Origin: a virus
Lineage: Duplodnaviria; Caudoviricetes
DNA: 64,000 nt
Direction: 5' to 3' (one strand)
Virus record (IMG/VR): IMGVR_UViG_3300032092_000001
In this document: positions 21,979-31,198 of the stretch, one piece after another
Layout of the letters: each line of letters begins with the position of its first letter
Position numbering within the stretch: the first letter of the stretch is position 1
Notes under the pieces: model-generated
What the model was told of the DNA's origin: nothing
The model's database searches: none
What the model saw: only the letters and a program-made list of their open reading frames with translations
Made by a program: the position numbers and the translations under genes

Positions 21979-22758
21979 TTAGAAGAAAGGGCGAAAAAAC
22001 TCCACCCCAAAAGATATTCTAACGAATACTCTTTCTCCGGACGGGGCGATAATTTCTTTTCTTAAATCAAGACCTGGCTCATTTTTAGATATAAAATTAG
22101 AAATATATTTAGAGTCAGCGATTGGCATTTTATTTATAAATTTTGAAATTTCTTCTTTGGAGTTTTGACCGTCAATTTCAACAATCTGTTTCATTAATCT
22201 CCACGTTACTTTAGGGGCAACCATACCTCTAGGATATTCATCTTCCATTTTTTGGAGTTCCATGATTTCACCGTAAGTTAATAATTTAAGTTTAACTTTA
22301 GAATTTGTTTTCGGTAACACGGTTTCAAAAAGACCATCGGAATTAGGTTCAACCTCTAATTTTACAAAATTTAACTCTTCTAAATTAATCGTAGTATTAA
22401 ACTCTTTATTAGACTTAGGGTCAACTAAAGATAGTTCATATTCAGTACCAAATGATGTGTTTCTTAAAAAGACTAAGATTGCCTGCATATCACCTTCTAA
22501 CATATCATCAATTTTTATGTCAGGTTCATACATTTTTGAACGAATAAGATTTTTAATCATCTCAGTCGCCCCAATATTAGATGCACTTGCAATAACATTT
22601 TCATCTGCAGCAGTTAAATAACCAACTTTAACTGATTTTTTTTTGTTTTTATAGAAAATACCTTGACTTGGTAACTGAACCACGTCATGAGGTAAATTAA
22701 AATTTTCTTGTCCGGCAATTCTTTCGTCCATAATTAAATTAGTTTTTGTTAAAAACAA
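21979..22758 (-). CDS. Baseplate hub/tail assembly chaperone, T4 gp26-like
   Basis: HDVVQLPSQGIFY, VGYLTAADEN, DMQAILVFLRNTSFG, ends GVEFFRPFF; between tube and tape measure. Confidence 0.8.
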   Translation of the reverse strand: MFLTKTNLIMDERIAGQENFNLPHDVVQLPSQGIFYKNKKKSVKVGYLTAADENVIASASNIGATEMIKNLIRSKMYEPDIKIDDMLEGDMQAILVFLRNTSFGTEYELSLVDPKSNKEFNTTINLEELNFVKLEVEPNSDGLFETVLPKTNSKVKLKLLTYGEIMELQKMEDEYPRGMVAPKVTWRLMKQIVEIDGQNSKEEISKFINKMPIADSKYISNFISKNEPGLDLRKEIIAPSGERVFVRISFGVEFFRPFF

Positions 22759-22783
22759 TAATCATTATAATAACTATGTAAAT

Positions 22784-22808
22784 AAAAAACCCACATAAAG
22801 TGGGTTTT
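22784..22808 (-). terminator. Intrinsic terminator after tail tube gene
   Basis: AAAACCCAC-5 nt loop-GTGGGTTTT inverted repeat with T-run on minus strand. Confidence 0.7.
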
Positions 22809-22831
22809 GAAAAAAAATAATATGTAAAAAA

Positions 22832-23320
22832 TTAGTATAACAATACACAATAATCAGGACGAAGTGTAACTGTAATATTAGCCAATCCATCTTCACCATA
22901 ACCTAAAGAACCAAAATCAACATCCGTTAAGAAAGTGTCAACTAATTGCCATTTTTCAATAACAACACCTGTTGGGTCTAACATGTCTAACTCAATAGTC
23001 TTTTTATAACCCGCAGCATATCCCATACGTCCTGTTACAGACTCAGCGTGTAAACGAACCCATTCCATCAATGCTTGAGCGGCAGAAGGTCCAATTGGGT
23101 CACGGAAAGTAACACTTATTGTTCCCCATGTATACTTACCAGCAACATACTTTTCAGTATTTAAGAACGGTATTGCAGTTGAACCGATTGTAATTTTTGG
23201 TCTACTTGTAGATTCAACAAACCATTCGTTGATACCTAATTCTGAAGGGAATCTTAAAATGAACCTGTTTTTTCTTTTGGGCTCATAAGGTATCGGCATT
23301 TTCATTAATAAATCAGCCAT
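22832..23320 (-). CDS. Tail tube protein (T4 gp19-like)
   Basis: EPKRKNRFILRF, IPFLNTEKYVAGKYTWGTISVTFRD, EWVRLH, LDPTGVVIEKW, ITVTLRPD. Confidence 0.92.
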   Translation of the reverse strand: MADLLMKMPIPYEPKRKNRFILRFPSELGINEWFVESTSRPKITIGSTAIPFLNTEKYVAGKYTWGTISVTFRDPIGPSAAQALMEWVRLHAESVTGRMGYAAGYKKTIELDMLDPTGVVIEKWQLVDTFLTDVDFGSLGYGEDGLANITVTLRPDYCVLLY

Positions 23321-23430
23321 ATTTTTTTCTTTTTAATTTCTTTTAGTTTATTATAAATAGTACCAAAATAAAATTTTTCTATTTACTTTGGATTTTTTTA
23401 TGTCAAATTTGCAATAAGACCAGTTATTAA

Positions 23431-24246
23431 TTAATAATCTTTCTTAACTCCTCCATGAGTTGAAATTGTTTTAATAATATTTTCTGGGTCTTTTCCTAAT
23501 TCTGTTTTAACTTTCTCTAAATTTCTTAAATCGTCATCTGAAAATCCTATTTGTGGTATAAAACGGTTAGAAATGTCATTTTTAAACATTCCAGGTTTTT
23601 GTAATTGTTTTGCCAAATATTTTACGTATTGTTGAAACTCTTTTAAAGCCTCAACCTTTCCTTTTTCAGGACTTTGTGCTGAACCGGCTCCGAATGTTAC
23701 AGGATAGTACTTATTCATATCCATATATGTCTCAATTAATTCACTGTCTGACATATCCTCTTCACCAGCAATATCTCTAAACTTTCTAAGGTTTTTAACC
23801 AATTCTTTTTTGGAAATCCCTTTGAAGTTTGTATTAATCATATTTTCAATTGCTCTCCTAATAACAAGTGGAGAGTGTCCTCTTGCAGTTACTATAGAGA
23901 ATATTGAACCTCCATTAATCGCTTCCACAAAGTCTCCCCATGCTGGACCTGGTTCAGCTAACATTGAATCAACTATAAATCTCTTATCACCTTTAGTTGA
24001 GAAGTATCTAAATGGGTCCTCAGCAAACCCAACAATCTGTTTTCCCTTATAGTCAAATGGTTTAACTCCAATATTAACTCTATATTCTGCAAAATCCTCT
24101 GTAGACATCCCAACCTCTTCACCATTTTCGTCTTTTAAAATGATTTTAGTCGGCATCATCATAATATTATCGTCCCAATCAAATGCATAATATTTTAATT
24201 CAGGAGTAATCTCTTCTTTAAAATTTTCAACTAAATAAACTTTCAT
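23431..24246 (-). CDS. HAD-superfamily phosphatase-like protein
   Basis: Motif I AFDWDDNI, motif II IVTARG, motif III Lys (KGKVEAL), motif IV GFSDDD. Confidence 0.75.
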   Translation of the reverse strand: MKVYLVENFKEEITPELKYYAFDWDDNIMMMPTKIILKDENGEEVGMSTEDFAEYRVNIGVKPFDYKGKQIVGFAEDPFRYFSTKGDKRFIVDSMLAEPGPAWGDFVEAINGGSIFSIVTARGHSPLVIRRAIENMINTNFKGISKKELVKNLRKFRDIAGEEDMSDSELIETYMDMNKYYPVTFGAGSAQSPEKGKVEALKEFQQYVKYLAKQLQKPGMFKNDISNRFIPQIGFSDDDLRNLEKVKTELGKDPENIIKTISTHGGVKKDY

Positions 24247-24268
24247 ATAACATAAATATCATATAAAT

Positions 24269-24298
24269 AAAAAACCCCCACATATCTGTGAGGGTTTT
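24269..24298 (-). terminator. Intrinsic terminator after sheath gene
   Basis: Minus strand AAAACCCTCAC-AGATAT-GTGGGGGTTTTTT. Confidence 0.7.
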
Positions 24299-24316
24299 AA
24301 AATTATTTACTCTTAA

Positions 24317-27300
24317 TTAGATATCTTCAAATGAAGCCCCTGTTGGAGTAATTAAGAATTCAATGTCAATAAATTCTAACGCTTTAGTTGGTTTGATATA
24401 AATCTTACCTACTAATTGATTAGCATCTAAGTCCTCAGGACTATTAGAAACTGTTACACGGAAATCGTATAAACCTCTATCTCTACGAATAGCGTCTAAG
24501 ATAGGATTAACTTGACTCAAGAACTGTTGTCTAACTAAGTTATCGTTTTGCTCAAACAATAATCTTACAGCCACCGCTGAAATCAACTTACGAGCTTGTA
24601 ATAACAATCTTCTAACGTTAATTCTGTCAAGAGCTGACTCTCTAACTTGAAGTGTTTTATTACCCCAAATTACAGTTCCAACGTCGTTGAAAGTTGCGAT
24701 TGGGTTAATTCTACCTTTGTAAAGAGTATCTCTATCTTCTTGAGTTAATCTCTTACGAGCTCTGATGGCATTTACCAAACCTCTTGTGTAACCCGCAGTT
24801 GCGAACCATGGGAAGGCAATGTTATCTGTTAATGCTAAGTTTCTTGTTACCTCAGCAGTTGCTGGTAAGTAAATTTGTGTATTGTTAACAGTATCACGAG
24901 TCAACACCCAAGGGTAGTAAGTTGCTGTGTAGTTAGAGTCAATTCCAGTCTCTTCTAACGCATCTACCGCTTCTTGAGGATAAATTAAGTTATCCATAGA
25001 TGTTGATGATTGTAACAAATTAAAGTCAGGTGCAGTTACGATGTAAACTGAGTCAGCTCTTTCATTCTCAATCATATTGATACTTTCCTCAACCAATCCA
25101 CTATTATTAACATAATCAATACCAGGTGTTACAAACACGTTAATGTTAGTTACCTCAGGGTTTGCAAATGTTCTAATACCCATTAAGTATGCGTAATAGT
25201 CAGAGTTACCGTATTCAATACTTCCATCCTCAACCGCAATTTTCTTAAAGTTACCTTGGCCTGTTGATGTTGGATATGGGTCAACTCCTGCGCAGAATCC
25301 AGCTTTAAATCCTGATTGTCCCAATGCATATGTGTCACCATTTGTACGTCTTTCTTCATAGATATCCCATCCATCAAATCCGCCCTGAACTAATAAAGTA
25401 AACTTACGTGCGAACAATCTGTAATATGGATTCTCAGTGTCAGTTGGTTCACTTGAGAATGACGCCACACCACAATCAAATGCTTGATTACCTGTTGATG
25501 CAGTATAGACTGCTGATGAGATTGTGATTGCAGTTGCCCCGCTATCCATGTGGAAACCTCTAGTTAATCTTGGCCAGTTGTCGTAAGAACCTTCTTCACA
25601 GATATCACCTACAGGTCTAACTTTTCCTTTATATTCATAGAAATCGTTATCCACACCTATTGAAGTTGAAATACCTAAGTAAGTTCTTCTTACGTTGTCT
25701 CCTGCTGCTGGTAATGCATCATCACCTCCCGCAAGTGAACCAAATGGTGGGTTGTAAATAATTTCACCAGGTGTGTTATATTTTGTCTTAATAACAGGAA
25801 ACGCAGATGAGTTGGATAATACACCATAAACTCTTGTAACAAAACCTTCAAAACCACAAGGTAATGCGTCTATCGGAGCTTCGTAATTAACTTCAACCAT
25901 TACAAGTTTTGATTTAATCTCAAACTCACCATCTGAAGTACCAATTTTCTTAGCCACATAATTGTTAAGACTTGGGTCCATAGAACAATTAGTGAACTTC
26001 TCAAGTACTACAGGATTAGAATCTGTATCGTAAAAATCTCTAACAATTACGTCAAATGTTTGGTTAACGAATGACATGTTAGCTAAAGATACTTTAACTT
26101 GTCTGTTTGCAGCGTTACCATCAGATATTGTTGTAAATTTGAATAGTCTGTAAACAACGTTACCACGTAATTCAGAAACAACCCATGGAGACTCAGGTGT
26201 TTGATATCTTTGTAGATAAAAACCTGTTGTTGCAAAACCAGTATTCAAAGAATTTCTTGAGTCACCTAAACCAACGATATTACTATTAATACCTCTAACA
26301 TAACCTTTGTTATATCCATAAGATAATAAAGTATCATATCTTTCCTCTAAGAATAATGGAACTTCAGTTCTTTCTTTTGCAAAGTTTTCAGTTCCAAACA
26401 CACTTGCCAAATAATTTGACTGAGATGTTAAGAATGAAGTTTCAAACTCAAAAGAACTACTATCAACAGTAATACCTGAAACTTTAAATGTTGCATATGG
26501 GTTCTTTGTAATTGCCGAATACGCAGTTCCTGAACCTAATAAGGATACGTCGGTAGTACCTGTTACTTGGTATTGTTGTCCGTCTAAAGTTGTTGAATAT
26601 TGTGTAATACCTCTTGAACGTAAAGTTGCAACAACTAAGTTAGTGTAATCACTGTAAGATGTACCTGTCAAAGTATAGTAAGTACCTGAAACAGTACCTG
26701 TATAAGTTCCTGCAGTAGCACCTGTTACTAAATTTGTAACTACACTATAGAAAGAGTATCCTGTATATGCACTTGTTTGTAGAACACCATTCATTGTTGG
26801 GTCAAATGCCGAGTAGAACCAAGCATCGTTATTACGAGAACTTAAACTTGCCCCTGATAAAGACTCGACACCATATACGTTAGTTCTATTTGTGTACGAA
26901 CTTAATGCTGAATAATTAGCTCCAGGTATTGAACCGAAATAATCAATTGTTGTTGCTGAATTTGCAGGTGTTGTAAAAATACCTGACAACATTGTTGTTA
27001 AATCAGTTTTGATTGTTGAAGTACCCTTGTTAAATGTTGTATAAGTTGACGTAAATACATTATACATTGGTGATGCCGTCCATGACGCAATATTTGTATA
27101 GTTAACAGTACCACCTGTATTACCTGAGAATTGTAAAGTATATACTGTTGGTTGTCCTGTACTTCCTGAAAATCCTATAGTATCAGGGTTAACGTTTGCA
27201 ATTGTTTTGATGGACCAAGATGGACCTGCATCATAACCATTAAGACCTAATATTCTTGTAACAAACAATTGGTTAGATTGTTGTAAATAAGACTTTGCGA

Positions 27301-27538
27301 TATACGCCGCCTCGTATTTAGGAATTTGTGTATTCACAAATTTTTCAGGTGTAGTACCACCGAAGTATGTTTGAAACTCGTCATAACTACCAATAAAGAT
27401 AGGTTCAAAAGCAGGACCTTTTAAAGTTTCACCAACAATACCTAAAGTTGTAACACCAACACTTTGTGAAACAAATGATAAATCGGTCTCGGATGTGTAT
27501 ACACCCGGAGAAACGAATACTTTGTTTGCTGTTGCCAT
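24317..27538 (-). CDS. Contractile tail sheath protein (T4 gp18-like) with large insertion
   Basis: VFVSPGVYTSETDLS, GIVGETLKGPAFEP, YTATYYPWV, PWFATAGYTRG, RINVRRLL, FIDIEFLITPTG. Confidence 0.95.
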   Translation of the reverse strand: MATANKVFVSPGVYTSETDLSFVSQSVGVTTLGIVGETLKGPAFEPIFIGSYDEFQTYFGGTTPEKFVNTQIPKYEAAYIAKSYLQQSNQLFVTRILGLNGYDAGPSWSIKTIANVNPDTIGFSGSTGQPTVYTLQFSGNTGGTVNYTNIASWTASPMYNVFTSTYTTFNKGTSTIKTDLTTMLSGIFTTPANSATTIDYFGSIPGANYSALSSYTNRTNVYGVESLSGASLSSRNNDAWFYSAFDPTMNGVLQTSAYTGYSFYSVVTNLVTGATAGTYTGTVSGTYYTLTGTSYSDYTNLVVATLRSRGITQYSTTLDGQQYQVTGTTDVSLLGSGTAYSAITKNPYATFKVSGITVDSSSFEFETSFLTSQSNYLASVFGTENFAKERTEVPLFLEERYDTLLSYGYNKGYVRGINSNIVGLGDSRNSLNTGFATTGFYLQRYQTPESPWVVSELRGNVVYRLFKFTTISDGNAANRQVKVSLANMSFVNQTFDVIVRDFYDTDSNPVVLEKFTNCSMDPSLNNYVAKKIGTSDGEFEIKSKLVMVEVNYEAPIDALPCGFEGFVTRVYGVLSNSSAFPVIKTKYNTPGEIIYNPPFGSLAGGDDALPAAGDNVRRTYLGISTSIGVDNDFYEYKGKVRPVGDICEEGSYDNWPRLTRGFHMDSGATAITISSAVYTASTGNQAFDCGVASFSSEPTDTENPYYRLFARKFTLLVQGGFDGWDIYEERRTNGDTYALGQSGFKAGFCAGVDPYPTSTGQGNFKKIAVEDGSIEYGNSDYYAYLMGIRTFANPEVTNINVFVTPGIDYVNNSGLVEESINMIENERADSVYIVTAPDFNLLQSSTSMDNLIYPQEAVDALEETGIDSNYTATYYPWVLTRDTVNNTQIYLPATAEVTRNLALTDNIAFPWFATAGYTRGLVNAIRARKRLTQEDRDTLYKGRINPIATFNDVGTVIWGNKTLQVRESALDRINVRRLLLQARKLISAVAVRLLFEQNDNLVRQQFLSQVNPILDAIRRDRGLYDFRVTVSNSPEDLDANQLVGKIYIKPTKALEFIDIEFLITPTGASFEDI

Positions 27539-27635
27539 TTATTTTTTGATGTTTTTAAAAATTTATTTATTCATAAATATTATCGTTTTTTCCAAAAACT
27601 TATTGTTTTTTAAACTATTTATCAGGAAGTATGAT

Positions 27636-27657
27636 TTAATTCTGCCTTAATTCTGCC
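27636..27657 (+). repeat. Perfect 11-bp tandem direct repeat, operator-like
   Basis: TTAATTCTGCC TTAATTCTGCC ending immediately before ATG at 27658. Confidence 0.85.
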
Positions 27658-27807
27658 ATGAAAATCAAGAACTTAAAAATATCTGAAGACAGTCATTCAA
27701 TACTTAAAAAGTATTGCATGAAGAATGGATTGAAAATTCATAAATTTTTAGAAAAGTTAATTGAAGATAATTGTCAGGAAAAAAAGGATATATACGGAGA
27801 ACGTTAA
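27658..27807 (+). CDS. Small ribbon-helix-helix-type DNA-binding protein (49 aa), missed by ORF track
   Basis: MKIKNLKISEDSHSILKKYCMKNGLKIHKFLEKLIEDNCQEKKDIYGER*; alternating beta pattern then two helices; TATTTAT element at 27616. Confidence 0.7.
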   Translation: MKIKNLKISEDSHSILKKYCMKNGLKIHKFLEKLIEDNCQEKKDIYGER

Positions 27808-28859
27808 AGTAATATTGATGTAAACTCAAAATTTGATTCCAATGAACCGTTATCTTTTACAATTTCAATCCTAAGGGTGTCATTAGAGTTCAATTGTATT
27901 TTACCTGTCAAAAACTGAGATATATTGTTACCGTAATATAGATTGTTAATATACACTTCATATGACGCAATATTATCAGAACTATTTAAAGTTAAGTTAG
28001 TATTATATTCAAAAGTCTTACTATAAGTTGTGGTCCCAACAGGGTAAGAAAATGTTAATGGAATACTGTCAGGATTTTTAGGAAACTTATTTATTTTCTT
28101 AGGTTTTTTTTGAGATTGGGTTTCAACTAACATTAATACTCTACTAATTGCGGGTTTCACTTCAAACTCGTTCTCATCTATCAAAAATCCTTGTAATGTA
28201 AATCCATATGATTGAATATAATATCTTCGTTTTTCTAAATCCATTACTGATTCATCAGATATATCATCTAATTGGATTGGGATATAGTGTCCTTTTATTT
28301 GTGTATACGCTTGCCTTGATGCGAACTTTTCAATCACAGTTTGATTAAATAAATTCAACTCCCTCATACGGTTACAAATTATTTTAACCGTATATTTTAT
28401 ATCAACAGGGACAGGTTGTGGGATTGTGTAAATGTCTAAACCCTTTCTTGTTCCGTCCCAAGTAGGTACCGCTGCGTAGTAATATTGTTTTCTATTCGGT
28501 ATGTTATACCTAAGAGAAGGAATTGTCCCAAATTTAACTTCAGGTTGTCTAATTGTAGTAATGAATGGAGGTTTAGAATTTTTATCTAAGTCATTGAAAT
28601 CCCAAGTTTGTGTAAACTGAGCCCAGTTTTGAGATGTTAATAAAATATTAACAACAGGAATTACTTTACCATTTATTGTGGTTTTTAAATCTTCTTTCAC
28701 AAAATTTAGAAATCCCCCATCTAAATCTTCATGTAATAATGATTTAGGTAAAAATGTACCATTGTCGTTAATATCATCAAGTAACTGATATCTACGAGCC
28801 AACCCTGTTTTTTCAGGTGTTAAATTAATGTTCTTTTTTATTTTTTTAGGTAACGCCAT
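27804..28859 (-). CDS. Tail terminator / sheath stabiliser (T4 gp15-like) with C-terminal beta domain
   Basis: PQPVPVDIKYTVKI, YIQSYGFTLQGF; adjacent to neck gene and sheath. Confidence 0.7.
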   Translation of the reverse strand: MALPKKIKKNINLTPEKTGLARRYQLLDDINDNGTFLPKSLLHEDLDGGFLNFVKEDLKTTINGKVIPVVNILLTSQNWAQFTQTWDFNDLDKNSKPPFITTIRQPEVKFGTIPSLRYNIPNRKQYYYAAVPTWDGTRKGLDIYTIPQPVPVDIKYTVKIICNRMRELNLFNQTVIEKFASRQAYTQIKGHYIPIQLDDISDESVMDLEKRRYYIQSYGFTLQGFLIDENEFEVKPAISRVLMLVETQSQKKPKKINKFPKNPDSIPLTFSYPVGTTTYSKTFEYNTNLTLNSSDNIASYEVYINNLYYGNNISQFLTGKIQLNSNDTLRIEIVKDNGSLESNFEFTSILL

Positions 28860-29374
28860 TATAATCCTCTAAATTCATTTTCATTAACAGGAGACGCATT
28901 AATTGTCCTGTAAAATGGTTTATATCCACCATACGTATGTTTGTTATCGGAAACAACTCTACCATCATTATTCACAACATAATATCTAACTCTTGTCTCC
29001 GTCTCATAATACCCAATATAATCACCATACTCAATATCAATTTCCAATTCATCCAAGTGTGATTGATAAACCGATATTCTTAAATTACCTGGCTCAATTT
29101 GATTTATCTTACTATTACCTAAAAATTTATTTTCAGGTGCGACAATCTGCACAAATGCCCTAAATTCTATTGGTGGTAAAAATTTAATACCGTCATCTAA
29201 AGCTTCACCATAAACACTATCAATATTTGTTTTACCTTTATCAACACGGTATAAAACAAGTGTGAAGTTCATATCTCCCTCCAGCCATTCACGCCCCATA
29301 TTAACGTCTAAGTTAAAATCTTCAGCCCCAAAAAATTTTGATAATCTTGTTATTGGTACACTTCTATTTGACAT
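28859..29374 (-). CDS. Head closure / neck protein (T4 gp14-like)
   Basis: LVLYRVD...VYGEA...FLPPIEF, LDELEIDIEYGDYIGY. Confidence 0.7.
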   Translation of the reverse strand: MSNRSVPITRLSKFFGAEDFNLDVNMGREWLEGDMNFTLVLYRVDKGKTNIDSVYGEALDDGIKFLPPIEFRAFVQIVAPENKFLGNSKINQIEPGNLRISVYQSHLDELEIDIEYGDYIGYYETETRVRYYVVNNDGRVVSDNKHTYGGYKPFYRTINASPVNENEFRGL

Positions 29375-29375
29375 A

Positions 29376-29404
29376 TTGATAAATATCTATTTTTTACTTA
29401 TTAT
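29376..29404 (+). promoter_or_regulatory. Sigma70-type promoter for SNF2 helicase
   Basis: TTGATA-17 nt-TATTAT, 23 nt upstream of the TTG start at 29428. Confidence 0.6.
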
Positions 29405-29427
29405 TACGATAATGTAATTTTGGAATT

Positions 29428-31188
29428 TTGGAAACAGGAAAACAACATTTAAGTATTGAGCAAGAAGCAATTGACCTTTTAGAAAAATATGAAGGGTCAA
29501 ACAACTATATACTTAGAATTAAAAAACAATGTGAGTCTAATAAAAAACACATTCCCACAAGGGCTCAATGTGAATATGTTATAACGTATTATAAAACAAC
29601 ACCTAAAGTTGCAAAAAAATGGGTTGACATTGATTCATACTTTTCAAAAAAACTTGTGGAAGATAATCCATTCATTAAGGAACCTGATAAAATCTATATT
29701 GAGAAATTACTCGTTGAGAAAGATAAGTCTTATCATATATGGGGTAAGGTTTTTAGTGGTGACACTATTCACGATTTTTGGGTACCTAAAGCTGCGGTAA
29801 TTAAGGAGTATAAAGAAAACATTGTTAATGTTGATTATTCAAAATACGATAATCGTCCCCCACTGTTTCACCAAAAGGAAGCAATTGAAAAGTTATTGAA
29901 GAATGATAAGTTCATATTGGCAGATGATATGGGACTAGGAAAGACAACTTCAACTGTTATCGCATCGTTGGAGAGTGGGTCTAAAAAAACTTTAATTATC
30001 TGTCCGGCATCTTTGAAGATAAATTGGGAGAGGGAGATTAAGAACTACACTGATAAGACGGTTTATATTTGTGAGGGTAAGAAATTTGAAGACGCTGACT
30101 ATATCATTACAAACTATGATATATTAAAAAACTTTCACGACCCGAAAGATAAAGAAAACTCAATACTTTTAAAATCAAAATTTGATTTGGTGGTTATTGA
30201 CGAAGCCCATTATGTGTCTAACGCTCAGGCTCAGAGGACAAAAATCATTATGGACCTAACCAAGAATATTAAAAAACTTTGGTTGTTAACAGGTACTCCG
30301 ATGACCTCACGTCCAATGAATTATTATAACATACTGAAGTTAATTGATAGTCCTGTTAGTCAGAATTGGATGGCATACGCAATCCGTTATTGTAATGGAT
30401 ATCAATTTAGAGTTGGTAGTAAAAAAGTTTGGAATGTCACAGGAGCGTCTAATTTAGAAGAATTACGAGATAGAACCTCAAGACAAATTCTTCGTAGATT
30501 AAAGACGGATGTTTTGGATTTACCCGATAAAATTATGACACCCGTTTACCTTCGTTTAAAATCTCGTTTATATGAAGGACTTATGGGTGAGTATTATGAT
30601 TGGTATAATAATCGTCAAGACGAATCAAAATCATTGTCCGTACAGTTTACAAAATTGATGAAAGTTAGACAGGTTCTTGCCGAAGAGAAAATATCTCACA
30701 CAATTGAGCTTGCTGAAAACATTATTGAGCAAGGTAAGAAAGTTATTATTTTTAGTAACTTCACTGAACCTTTAAAAAAGATACACGAACATTTTGGTAA
30801 AAAATCAGTTTATTTAGACGGGTCAACCACAAAACCTGCAAGACAAGATGCTGTTGATAAATTTCAAGAAAGTGATAAGATACAGGTGTTTTGTGGAAAT
30901 ATTAAAGCAGCGGGGGTTGGTTTAACATTAACCGCGGCTGAAGCATGTATCATGAATGACTTATCATTTGTACCTGCGGAACACAGTCAGGCAGAGGACC
31001 GAGCGTATCGTTACGGACAAAAAAACACAGTTTCAATCTACTATCCAATTTTTGAGAATACGATTGAAGGGGTAATTTACGATATTTTAGATAGAAAAAA
31101 GAAAATCATCGGAACTGTTATGGGGGACTTACAAGAAACTGATGCAGACATTGTGGAACAAATCTTGAAAGAAATCAATAATAGGTAA
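29428..31188 (+). CDS. SNF2/SWI2-family (SF2) helicase-like ATPase
   Basis: ILADDMGLGKT, IICPASLKINW, VIDEAHY, LTGTPM, ILRRLK, QAEDRAYRYGQ. Confidence 0.93.
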   Translation: METGKQHLSIEQEAIDLLEKYEGSNNYILRIKKQCESNKKHIPTRAQCEYVITYYKTTPKVAKKWVDIDSYFSKKLVEDNPFIKEPDKIYIEKLLVEKDKSYHIWGKVFSGDTIHDFWVPKAAVIKEYKENIVNVDYSKYDNRPPLFHQKEAIEKLLKNDKFILADDMGLGKTTSTVIASLESGSKKTLIICPASLKINWEREIKNYTDKTVYICEGKKFEDADYIITNYDILKNFHDPKDKENSILLKSKFDLVVIDEAHYVSNAQAQRTKIIMDLTKNIKKLWLLTGTPMTSRPMNYYNILKLIDSPVSQNWMAYAIRYCNGYQFRVGSKKVWNVTGASNLEELRDRTSRQILRRLKTDVLDLPDKIMTPVYLRLKSRLYEGLMGEYYDWYNNRQDESKSLSVQFTKLMKVRQVLAEEKISHTIELAENIIEQGKKVIIFSNFTEPLKKIHEHFGKKSVYLDGSTTKPARQDAVDKFQESDKIQVFCGNIKAAGVGLTLTAAEACIMNDLSFVPAEHSQAEDRAYRYGQKNTVSIYYPIFENTIEGVIYDILDRKKKIIGTVMGDLQETDADIVEQILKEINNR

Positions 31189-31198
31189 GTATTTATTA

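Noticed and set aside
23330-23430. Possible Bacteroidota-type TAnnTTTG promoter or antisense promoter in the tube/HAD gap
   Set aside because: No convincing paired -33/-7 elements found by eye.
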